Shown here: positions 37,909-46,518 of the stretch, in pieces | Layout of the letters: every line of letters starts with the position of its first letter | How positions within the stretch are numbered: position 1 is the first letter of the stretch | Assembly: GCA_965208675.1 (NCBI GenBank) | Contig: OZ242351.1 | Span: forward strand, 2,080,001-2,144,000 | Direction of reading: 5' to 3' | From: Candidatus Poribacteria bacterium | Lineage (GTDB): Bacteria > Poribacteria > WGA-4E > PCPOR2b | DNA: 64,000 bases | The notes under the pieces: generated by a model | Told to the model about the DNA's origin: nothing | Seen by the model: only the letters and a program-made list of their open reading frames with translations | The model's database searches: none | Program-made: the position numbers and the translations under genes

Positions 37909-40900
37909 ATGCCAACCCTCAACCTAAAACCCACCCACAAACCCATCAAGAATTACTACGCCGCACTCGATCAATTCGACCGCCTCGGCGTTACGCACGA
38001 AACCGCTGTCCGCTCGGCATTTCAATCCCTGCTTCAACACTACGGGGGAAAACTAAAATGGACCCTAGTCCCGGAATATCCGATTAATCGTCAAGGCAGC
38101 CGAATTGTCGTTGACGGCGCACTGATTGACATCTTTAACTTAAATCACGGCTACTGGGAGGCGAAAGACATCCACGACGACCTGCCGTCCGAGGTGATGC
38201 GAAAATTTGAGGCCGGCTATCCGCGTGACAACATCCTCTTCCAGACCCCGCATCGCGCAATCCTCTGGCAAAACGCCCAGCCGGTGCTTGATGCTGACCT
38301 CACAAACTCGAAAGACCTGATAGGAACGCTTGAAACCTTCTTCTCCCACCACGCTCCGGAATACACAGATTGGGAAGAGGCGGTCGCGCACTTCAAAACG
38401 GTTGTGCCCGAACTCGGTGAATCCTTGGCAAACCTCATAAAATCCGAGCGGGAGTCAAATGATCGGCTTAAACCCGCTTTCAGAGCGTTCTACGAGAAAT
38501 GTCGTCAAGCCATCAATCCAAACCTCTCCGAAGCCGCAGTCGAGGAGATGCTAATCCAGCACCTCTTGACCGAACGCATCTTTCGCACCGTCTTCGACAA
38601 CCCCGATTTCACCCGCCGCAACGTCATCGCCGTAGAAATAGAAAAGGTTATTGATGCACTCACGTCGGCGTCGTTCAGCCGCGATAGCTTTCTACACAGC
38701 CTCGACCACTTCTACGCTGCGATCGAACGCACCGCTGCGACCATCAGTGACTTTTCCCAAAAACAAGGTTTTCTCAACACCGTATACGAGCAGTTTTTTC
38801 AAGGCTTCTCGGTGAAGGTTGCAGACACGCACGGAATTGTCTACACCCCGCAGCCGATTGTCGATTTCATGGTGAGTAGCGTTGAGGAGATTCTAAAAGC
38901 AGAATTCAATCGATCGCTCTCCGATTCCGGCGTCCACATTATTGACCCGTTTGTGGGCACCGGAAATTTCATCGTGCGAATCATGCGCGAGATTCGACGC
39001 ACCGCGCTAGCGGAAAAGTATCAGTCCGAACTCCACTGCAATGAGGTGATGCTGCTGCCGTACTACATCGCCTCAATGAATATCGAGCATGAGTATTTCA
39101 TGGCTACCGGAAGGTATCACCCTTTTGAGGGCATCTGTTTCGTTGATACCTTTGAGTTAGTAGAAGACCCCGATGACTATCAATCTCTGTTTGAAGCGGA
39201 AAATACCCGCCGCATTGAAAATCAGAACGAGTCTCCGATGTTTGTTGTTGTCGGAAATCCCCCTTACAACGCCGGTCAGATTAACGAAAACGACAACAAC
39301 AAAAATCGAGACTATGACGCGATGAACGAACGGATTAAGACAACTTATGCCAAAAGATTCAAAGCGAGCCAAACAAGAAAAGTTTACGACCCCTATGTAA
39401 AAGCAATTCGGTGGGCATCGGACCGCATTGAAAACGAAGGCATTGTCGCATTCATAACGAATAACAGCTTTATTGATGATTTGAGTTTTGATGGAATGAG
39501 GAAACTACTAGCGGACGATTTTGGCGCAATTTACATCTTGGACCTCGGTGGCAACGCGCGCAAGGGGTTGAAGGTCTCCGACTCCAATGTGTTCGGGATT
39601 CAGGTTGGCGTAAGCATCACTTTTTTCATCAAATCTCGTGGCACTTCAAACTCCAAAGCCGAAATCTTCTATGCTCGTACAGACGAATCTTGGCGAAAGA
39701 TAGACACGTTTCGGTATCTGAATTCTAAGCGACACTACCGTAACATCGAATGGGAGCCAATCGCGCCAGACCGTCGACATACATGGCTCACCAAAGGGCT
39801 CCTATATGAATTTGAAACTTTTATCCCGTTAGGTGATAAGGAAGTAAAAGCAGCGAATGGTGAAGCCGTGGATTTGATTTTTAAGTCATTTAGTCTCGGT
39901 GTCAGCACGAATCGAGATTCGTGGTGTTACAATTTCAACCGAAACGCCTTGGTTGAAAACATAAGCCGGATGATGGATACCTACAATGCTGAGCTTGACA
40001 GGTGGAGGCGTCGTGAGAATCGGCAAATAACCGTTGATAATTTTGTGGATAATGATGTCACGAAGATTAAGTGGAGTGAAGGCTTAAAAAAGAAACTGCT
40101 GAGCGGACATATCTCTGAATTCAACAACGCAAAAATCCGACAATCCCTTTATCGCCCTTTTACAAAATTAAATCTCTACTTTGATCGAATGATGAACGAC
40201 CGAGTGCTCCTATTTCCATCCATTTTCCCCACACTGAAAAGTCAAACGGAAAATCTAGTGATTTGCCTGACTGACAAGGGTTCCGAGAAACCCTTTATGA
40301 TCATTATGAACCACCAACCAACAGATCTTCATGCTGTGGGCCCGGGTTGTGGTACCCAATGCTTCCCCTTCTACACCTACGATGAGGATGGCACAAACCG
40401 CCGGGAGAACATCACGAATTGGGCGTTGTCGCAATTCCGGACATATTACAGAGACAATACCATCGGCAAATGGGACATCTTTCATTACGTATATGGTCTG
40501 CTCCACCACCCGGAATATCGGGAGCGGTATGCTGCCAACCTCAAGCGCGACCTGCCCCGCCTCCCCTACGCGCCCGACTTCTGGGGGTTCGCCAATGCCG
40601 GCAAGCGCTTAGGAGAAATCCACGTCGGCTATGAAGACGTGAATGAATTTCCACTTGCCCAGATCGAAACACCAGATACACAGCTCGATTGGCGCGTTGA
40701 AAAGATGAAACTGTCCAAAGACAAAACCCAAATAAAATACAACGACTTCCTTACCCTCGACGGCATACCGGCAAAGGTGCTTGACTATCGCCTAGGAAAT
40801 AGATCTGCTTTGGAATGGGTAATTGACCAGTACCGCGTCAAAACCGACAAACGCAGCGGCATCGTCAATGACCCCAACCGCCTCGACGACCCAACATACA

Positions 40901-40986
40901 TCGTCAACCTCATCTCCAAAGTAATCACCGTCAGCCTCGAAACCGTTGACATCGTGGAAAGTTTGCCGGAATTGGGTTTAGAATAG
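37909..40986 (+). CDS. Single-chain restriction-modification enzyme: PD-(D/E)xK nuclease + N6-adenine methyltransferase + Type ISP-like specificity domain, no helicase
   Basis: VDG...GYWEAK, GIVYTPQPIVDF, IIDPFVGTGNF (motif I), GNPPY (motif IV), YRPF, YVYGLLH...YR.RY..NLK..LPR, Y.LG.RSALEWVIDQY. Confidence 0.85.
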   Translation: MPTLNLKPTHKPIKNYYAALDQFDRLGVTHETAVRSAFQSLLQHYGGKLKWTLVPEYPINRQGSRIVVDGALIDIFNLNHGYWEAKDIHDDLPSEVMRKFEAGYPRDNILFQTPHRAILWQNAQPVLDADLTNSKDLIGTLETFFSHHAPEYTDWEEAVAHFKTVVPELGESLANLIKSERESNDRLKPAFRAFYEKCRQAINPNLSEAAVEEMLIQHLLTERIFRTVFDNPDFTRRNVIAVEIEKVIDALTSASFSRDSFLHSLDHFYAAIERTAATISDFSQKQGFLNTVYEQFFQGFSVKVADTHGIVYTPQPIVDFMVSSVEEILKAEFNRSLSDSGVHIIDPFVGTGNFIVRIMREIRRTALAEKYQSELHCNEVMLLPYYIASMNIEHEYFMATGRYHPFEGICFVDTFELVEDPDDYQSLFEAENTRRIENQNESPMFVVVGNPPYNAGQINENDNNKNRDYDAMNERIKTTYAKRFKASQTRKVYDPYVKAIRWASDRIENEGIVAFITNNSFIDDLSFDGMRKLLADDFGAIYILDLGGNARKGLKVSDSNVFGIQVGVSITFFIKSRGTSNSKAEIFYARTDESWRKIDTFRYLNSKRHYRNIEWEPIAPDRRHTWLTKGLLYEFETFIPLGDKEVKAANGEAVDLIFKSFSLGVSTNRDSWCYNFNRNALVENISRMMDTYNAELDRWRRRENRQITVDNFVDNDVTKIKWSEGLKKKLLSGHISEFNNAKIRQSLYRPFTKLNLYFDRMMNDRVLLFPSIFPTLKSQTENLVICLTDKGSEKPFMIIMNHQPTDLHAVGPGCGTQCFPFYTYDEDGTNRRENITNWALSQFRTYYRDNTIGKWDIFHYVYGLLHHPEYRERYAANLKRDLPRLPYAPDFWGFANAGKRLGEIHVGYEDVNEFPLAQIETPDTQLDWRVEKMKLSKDKTQIKYNDFLTLDGIPAKVLDYRLGNRSALEWVIDQYRVKTDKRSGIVNDPNRLDDPTYIVNLISKVITVSLETVDIVESLPELGLE

Positions 40987-41005
40987 AAAAGGAGGACATT
41001 CAGCC

Positions 41006-41887
41006 GTGTCAAATTCTATTGTGAACTTGGGCGACCCAACGAAGCCCCTAGATACACTAATCAATAAAATTAGTGATGCAACCGGAGTGCTATTTGAACC
41101 TACACGAATTAGGCGCAAGGCTAAAGCAGAATCGGATGCTGCAATTATATCCGCTAAGGCAGAGGCTGCGGTTGACAAAATAAAGGCAGAATCTGCGATG
41201 GAAATTACCGACTTACATAAACGAGCCGCGCAGCGTCGAATCGAAGAAGATGCACGTCAACAAAAGAACATGGAGGACATAATCACTAAAGCGGCACCTC
41301 ATTTGAAAGAAGAAGCAAAACCCGACGCCATGGATGACGACTGGATCTCCAACTTCTTTGATAAATCTCGGATTGTATCTGACAGTGAGATGCAGAGCCT
41401 TTGGTCACGAGTTTTAGCTGGCGAAGCAAATGCTCCTGGCACCTACTCTAAGCGGACTGTTAATTTTGTCGCCGCGCTTGAAAAGAGCGAAGCACATCTG
41501 TTCACCAAACTATGCGGCTTTGTTTGGAAGATACACGACTTTGTGCCGCTGGTATTTGATTTACAGGCGGCAGTCTACAACCGACACGGTATTGACTTTG
41601 GGCCCCTCAGTCACCTTGAGAGTATTGGACTTGTTAAGCTTGCCGCCCCTAACGATTTTAGACAAACTCACCTACCCCGTAGATTTCCTGTGTATTACTA
41701 TGGAAAGTCGCTGTTCTTAGAAATACCTCCCAATTCCGAAAACGAAATAATGACTGGTAAGGCACGATTCACAAAAATCGGACAGGAACTTGCACCGATA
41801 TGCGGTAGTAAGCCAGTGGAAGGTTTCTACGAATACGTGAAGAGCCAATGGCGTCAATATTTACCCAAGGATGAAAATAAGGAATAG
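41006..41887 (+). CDS. DUF2806-like protein
   Basis: AAGGAGG RBS then GTG. RQQKNME.I..KA, DDDWI.NFFD..R.VSD.EMQ.LW..VLAGE...PG.YSKRT. Confidence 0.7.
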   Translation: MSNSIVNLGDPTKPLDTLINKISDATGVLFEPTRIRRKAKAESDAAIISAKAEAAVDKIKAESAMEITDLHKRAAQRRIEEDARQQKNMEDIITKAAPHLKEEAKPDAMDDDWISNFFDKSRIVSDSEMQSLWSRVLAGEANAPGTYSKRTVNFVAALEKSEAHLFTKLCGFVWKIHDFVPLVFDLQAAVYNRHGIDFGPLSHLESIGLVKLAAPNDFRQTHLPRRFPVYYYGKSLFLEIPPNSENEIMTGKARFTKIGQELAPICGSKPVEGFYEYVKSQWRQYLPKDENKE

Positions 41888-41899
41888 CAGAAGCGAGTC

Positions 41900-42195
41900 C
41901 TTGTAGGTTGGGTTAAGCGGAGTAAATAATAGACGCAAAATTGACGAATGGATATCGGTATTTGAATGTGTTTGGAATTTGTCAAGATGTAGCGAACGCA
42001 ACGATCAACTGAGCGAATAGCGAAGGCGATAGTCTTGTCTTAATTGCGCTGTGTTTGGTTTTTTGGAGGCGGATCGGAAATACGAAAAGCGTTGGGTTAC
42101 GCTCCGCACATCGAATCCTGGACGTCGTTATACTTGCGTAGCGCAAAGTAAAATTGCACGTTATTTGGTGAAATCCGCTCAACCCAACCTACAAG
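41900..42195. repeat. REPIN/MITE-like element with 22-bp terminal inverted repeats
   Basis: CTTGTAGGTTGGGTTAAGCGGA and TCCGCTCAACCCAACCTACAAG (1 mismatch). Contains a 35-bp module identical to the reverse complement of 8917-8951. Confidence 0.85.
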
Positions 42196-42201
42196 AACTA
42201 C

Positions 42202-42444
42202 CCAGCCTATAAAGTCTTTTACCATGTTGTGGTGGATTTTGAATATTCTCAATAGGATAACCTTTCTTTTAAGGATTCTGAACAACCTGAAACGGCGGAG
42301 GTTGGGTCGGCTGCTCTGGTGGGGCGTCTCGAGCCCGAGACTGACTAGAATGGGAGGACGGTTAACGTACTTTCGGAGCAGGCTCAGATTCATATCGCGC
42401 GGTTGGCGGCGGCTGCGCAGAAAGCTGTCGCGTTCGTGAAATAG
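42202..42444 (+). pseudogene. Possible 3' gene remnant with two in-frame TAG codons
   Basis: Reads PAYKVFYHVVVDFEYSQ*DNLSF...PETD*NGRTVNVLSEQAQIHIARLAAAAQKAVAFVK*. Begins right after the REPIN. Confidence 0.35.
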
Positions 42445-42746
42445 TTAGGACTTACGTAGTGCAGTTTGTAGCGGCGGAATGTATTGCACGTCCGGCAGGC
42501 CGTGCTCGTCCTTGGCATGATATATCGTTTTATGTAGAAACGGGGGATGAATTGCCCTACTACGAACCTTTAGACGTTAACTAGGCACCTCCAAACAGTT
42601 TTAACAATTGCGTTCCAATTTGGAGTTGGATATAATAAGAATAAACTGCAGCACAAAAAGAGGAGGTGCGGTTTCCACCCTGTCCCAGTCAATTCCGAAC
42701 CTAGAGAATGAAGTGATTTGGACGAGATTCCTACCGCGAAGAGTAG

Positions 42747-43151
42747 ATGATAAAAGGAATGTGGAACTACGGCGTCAAAGTCGAAAATATTGAAGAAACC
42801 ACGGAATTTTACACCCGCTACATGGGCGCAGAAGTGCGTATTCAAAGCGAAGTTTTGGGGTGCCAATATACGCTGATTCGCATGGGCGAGACACGAATCA
42901 TTCTCTTCGACAAAGCCCCTTATGAAGATGACATGGGTCTGAACCTGCCGCTGGGCTTTCTGCACGTCGTCTACGAAACGGACGACTTCGAAGTTGAAAT
43001 AGCCAAGCTGCGCGAATCGGGTGTGAATTTCATCATGGGGCCCATGGTCATTGAGAGCGACTTTGGCAAACGGAAATTTGCATTTTTTGAAGCCCCTGAC
43101 GGCATCCGTACCGAAGTTATGCAGGTGTACGAAGACACGGGAATCGCATGA
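42747..43151 (+). CDS. VOC/glyoxalase family protein
   Basis: V.NIEET.EFY, GFLHVVYETDD, FAFFEAPDGIRTE. Confidence 0.8.
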   Translation: MIKGMWNYGVKVENIEETTEFYTRYMGAEVRIQSEVLGCQYTLIRMGETRIILFDKAPYEDDMGLNLPLGFLHVVYETDDFEVEIAKLRESGVNFIMGPMVIESDFGKRKFAFFEAPDGIRTEVMQVYEDTGIA

Positions 43152-43257
43152 CACCGCTCCAGAACCCATAGAGATAGCCCGTAAATCTGCCAGATAAACT
43201 GTTACATCTGCCGCAGTTCGGCAAAATAGAACGCAGCAACGAGAAAGGAAGCATTGA

Positions 43258-43719
43258 ATGAGGGTTAACGGAATCCATCACGTGACGCTTCTTGTGGATG
43301 ATGAAGAGCGCGCCGCTTGGTTTTACGGCGAGGTTTTGGGATTGACAGAAAAATCGCGTCCCAGTTTCAAGTTTCCCGGCATTTTTTATACCTCCGGAAA
43401 CCAGGAAATTCATATCATCATCGCTTCACGTCCGCTCTCCTATGAAGACCTGTACATTGACATTGGCGGCGTGTCCGACATTACCCGCCGCCACATCCAT
43501 CGCCATGTAGCGCTAGCGGTTTCCGATTCGGACGGGCTTGAAGCGCGTTTGGAGGAGAACGGCATCGAAATACTTTTCGGTCCCAATCGTGTTGAACCCG
43601 ACGATGAACTCTCACGGAACATGATTGACGGATGGATGCGGATGTACGGCGGCGTACCCGTCTTCTGTTTAGACCCTTTCAAAAACCTGGTTGAACTTGT
43701 CCCGATCGGGTTGGAGTGA
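43258..43719 (+). CDS. VOC/glyoxalase family protein
   Basis: GIHHVTLLV.D.ERA..FYGEVLGL, RHVALAV, FCLDPFKNLVEL. Confidence 0.85.
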   Translation: MRVNGIHHVTLLVDDEERAAWFYGEVLGLTEKSRPSFKFPGIFYTSGNQEIHIIIASRPLSYEDLYIDIGGVSDITRRHIHRHVALAVSDSDGLEARLEENGIEILFGPNRVEPDDELSRNMIDGWMRMYGGVPVFCLDPFKNLVELVPIGLE

Positions 43720-43782
43720 GATTGCGTCAGCAACGTAAAACGTCTTAAATGCTGGATTCTGACAGTTAAGAAAGTTGCGATT

Positions 43783-44796
43783 ATGTCCGCAAACATCCAA
43801 AAGATTTTTGTCGCCGGGGGCGGGGCTTGGGGGACGACGGTCGCAAACTTGCTTGCTGAAAAGGGGTTGCAGGTCTCTATCTGGGCGCGCGAGGCGTGGT
43901 TGACACGCCACATTGCGGAACATAAAGACAATCCCAAGTATCTGCCCGGCGTTTCGTTAAATCAGAATCTACACGCTGCGCACAGCATATCGGAAGGCAT
44001 GTACAATGCGGGGATAATTATCTACGCCATTCCCGCCCAATCCTTGCGCGGCGTCGTTCAACAGACACAGCCCTACCTTCAAGAAGAGGTCATCTTGCTC
44101 AACCTCGCGAAAGGAATTGAAGAGGGAACGGGGCTGCGCTGCTCTGAGATTGTTCAGCAGGAAACGAACGGGGTTCATCCGATTGCAGCGTTGTCGGGTC
44201 CGAACATCGCTTATGAAATTGCCCGGAAAATCCCATCAAAGACGGTCGTGTCGTGCAACAATTACCGGTACCTCGGTATACTCCGGGATCTGTTTTCGAC
44301 GCCGCATCTGAAGGTTTACGAAAACCCGGATTTGGTGGGCACCGAGTTAGGCGGCGCATTGAAGAACATCGTTGCAATCATGGGGGGAATCGGCGACGGC
44401 CTCGGTTTCGGCGTCAACACAAAGGCGGCAATCATCACACGCGGACTAAGAGAGATGATTAAGGTCGGTACGATGATGGGCGCAAATCCGGACACCTTCT
44501 TCGGATTGTCCGGCATTGGTGACCTGATGGCGACGTGCTTGAGCCCCCACAGCCGGAATCGAACGTTGGGTGAAAACTTAGGGCGCGGCATGGCGCTTGA
44601 AGAGGCGGAAGCTGCACTGAACGGGCGTGTCGCCGAAGGCATACGGACAGCGAAGGCGCTTTATGAGGTGAAGGGCGAATTGAACCTCGAAATGCCAATC
44701 GTGGACCAGTTGTACCGAGTGTTATACAAGGGGCAGCCGCCGAGCGAAGGCTATCTCGCCATCTGGAACCCCGGCGAAGCACATGAACTGAATTGA
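43783..44796 (+). CDS. gpsA: NAD(P)H-dependent glycerol-3-phosphate dehydrogenase
   Basis: GGGAWGT, N.KYLPG, KGIE, LSGPN.A.E, ELGGALKN, GLSGIGDL..TC.S.HSRNR, VAEG. Confidence 0.92.
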   Translation: MSANIQKIFVAGGGAWGTTVANLLAEKGLQVSIWAREAWLTRHIAEHKDNPKYLPGVSLNQNLHAAHSISEGMYNAGIIIYAIPAQSLRGVVQQTQPYLQEEVILLNLAKGIEEGTGLRCSEIVQQETNGVHPIAALSGPNIAYEIARKIPSKTVVSCNNYRYLGILRDLFSTPHLKVYENPDLVGTELGGALKNIVAIMGGIGDGLGFGVNTKAAIITRGLREMIKVGTMMGANPDTFFGLSGIGDLMATCLSPHSRNRTLGENLGRGMALEEAEAALNGRVAEGIRTAKALYEVKGELNLEMPIVDQLYRVLYKGQPPSEGYLAIWNPGEAHELN

Positions 44797-44806
44797 GGGG
44801 CGAGGG

Positions 44807-45535
44807 ATGTCAGCGACGATTGGAATCATCTTGGCGGCTGGCGTCGGTTCACGCCTGCGGCCGATGACGAATCAGGTGCCGAAATGCCTGATCCCGGTGG
44901 CTGGAATCCCAATCCTTCAACGGCAAATCGAAGCGATGCTGGCTTGCGGCATCCGAAAAATTGTTGTGGTCGCCGGTTATAAGTGCAATCTGGTCGTCAG
45001 TTTTTGCCGGCGTTATACGGAAACCGTCAGGGTGGTAATCAAGGAGGAGTATGCGAACACGAACAACATGTATTCGTTCTATACGGCGGCTAAAAATATT
45101 GGTGAGGCGCCCGTATTGTTATGTAACGGAGATGTTGTTTTTGATTGTGAAATTATATCATCGCTGTTGGAATCGGACTGGGGTAATCTAATAGGCGTGC
45201 AGCCCAACCGGTACGATGAAGAAGCGATGAAAGTCTCCGTTGATTCACAGGGCAGGGTGCTTGAATTGAGCAAAGTGGTACCCGCTTCCAGCGCTTTTGG
45301 GGTTTCAATTGATGTGTATAAATTCTGCCTTACTGCGTTTAAAGAGACTGTGAAAATAGCAACCCGAATCATCGTTGACGAGGGGAAAAGAAACCTGTGG
45401 ACCGAGGTTGCAATTAACGAAGCTTTGCAGCGCATAGAGTTTAGGACGTTTGACATTGGAACACATCGTTGGGTCGAGATTGACGATTTCGCTGATCTGA
45501 AAGGCGCAAATGATTCATTCGCACCTACCGGCTGA
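44807..45535 (+). CDS. Nucleotidyltransferase (LicC/phosphocholine cytidylyltransferase-like)
   Basis: ILAAGVGSRLRPMT..PKCL, TNNMYS, NGDVVF, WVEIDD..DL. Confidence 0.8.
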   Translation: MSATIGIILAAGVGSRLRPMTNQVPKCLIPVAGIPILQRQIEAMLACGIRKIVVVAGYKCNLVVSFCRRYTETVRVVIKEEYANTNNMYSFYTAAKNIGEAPVLLCNGDVVFDCEIISSLLESDWGNLIGVQPNRYDEEAMKVSVDSQGRVLELSKVVPASSAFGVSIDVYKFCLTAFKETVKIATRIIVDEGKRNLWTEVAINEALQRIEFRTFDIGTHRWVEIDDFADLKGANDSFAPTG

Positions 45536-46334
45536 AGTCATTCGGGAGATATTAACCCAGCTTGAAGGGTTTCTCATAGATCTTGATGGGACGACATATT
45601 TAGGCGATGACCTAATTCCAGGCGCCCTAATGTTCATTGAAACCCTGCAAAAATTGGGGAAACCACATTTGTTCTTGACGAACAACTCTTCTGAGTCGGC
45701 GCACACATATGTGGAAAAGCTGCGCCGCCTCGGAATTGATGCGCAGGATGGAAGCGTCTTAACCTCCGGCGACGCCACAGCCATGCATCTTGCGGACGCG
45801 GGTTATACCAAGTTATTTGTTTTGGGGACGCCGAGTTTTGAAAATGAGCTAAAAGAATTTGGATTTATCCTCACATCTGAACGTCCGGATTGCGTTGTTC
45901 TTGGATTCGATAAAACACTGAATTATCAAAAGCTCGAGATTGCAACGGATTTAATCCGGCGGAAAATTCCGTTTGTCGCAACCCATCCAGATAAGGTCTG
46001 CCCTACGGAAGACGGTTTTATTCCAGATTGCGGCGCGATTGCAGCGCTGCTTTCGGCTGCGACTGATGTCGATCCACTTGTCATCGGAAAACCCAAGCCG
46101 CAAATGGTTCAGATGGCGCTGAAGCGTTTGAATCTCGACTCGCGAAAGATCGCCATAATCGGCGACAGGCTGTACACGGATATACGAATGGGACGCGACG
46201 CCGGACTCGTAACGGTGCTTGTACTCACCGGTGAAACTACGCCCGAAATGCTTCCGCCGGAAATTGAGATGCGCCCCCTTATCGTTGTAGAGCGCCTCGG
46301 GACACTATGCGGTTATTTATTAGAACTGTATTAG
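45510..46334 (+). CDS. HAD subfamily IIA hydrolase (NagD-like)
   Basis: DLDGT, FLTNNS, ATHPD, GKP, IGDRLYTDI, VLTG. Confidence 0.88.
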   Translation: MIHSHLPAEVIREILTQLEGFLIDLDGTTYLGDDLIPGALMFIETLQKLGKPHLFLTNNSSESAHTYVEKLRRLGIDAQDGSVLTSGDATAMHLADAGYTKLFVLGTPSFENELKEFGFILTSERPDCVVLGFDKTLNYQKLEIATDLIRRKIPFVATHPDKVCPTEDGFIPDCGAIAALLSAATDVDPLVIGKPKPQMVQMALKRLNLDSRKIAIIGDRLYTDIRMGRDAGLVTVLVLTGETTPEMLPPEIEMRPLIVVERLGTLCGYLLELY

Positions 46335-46518
46335 TTCGGTTAAAGACACCGAGTTTTCAAGAAAAACTCGGACGCAAATGAGGGTCGCGATACGGAGATC
46401 GCTCCTACGGCGCGTGGGTTTTGGCAGGTGCAGTTAGGAAGCTAAACCTACCGCAGTTAAAAAAATTTTTGGCGTTATTATAATTTTGGTGCAAGTCCTT
46501 GTTCGGAAGGATCTATTC

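Noticed and set aside
32581-42195. Intact prophage
   Set aside because: Only TerL (and a positional TerS) is phage-like. No integrase, portal, capsid, tail, lysis genes or att repeats were recognised.
43149-43171. Selenocysteine read-through of TGA-ending genes such as VOC 42747..43151
   Set aside because: The proteins appear complete at the TGA, with no Cys-equivalent context or evident SECIS.
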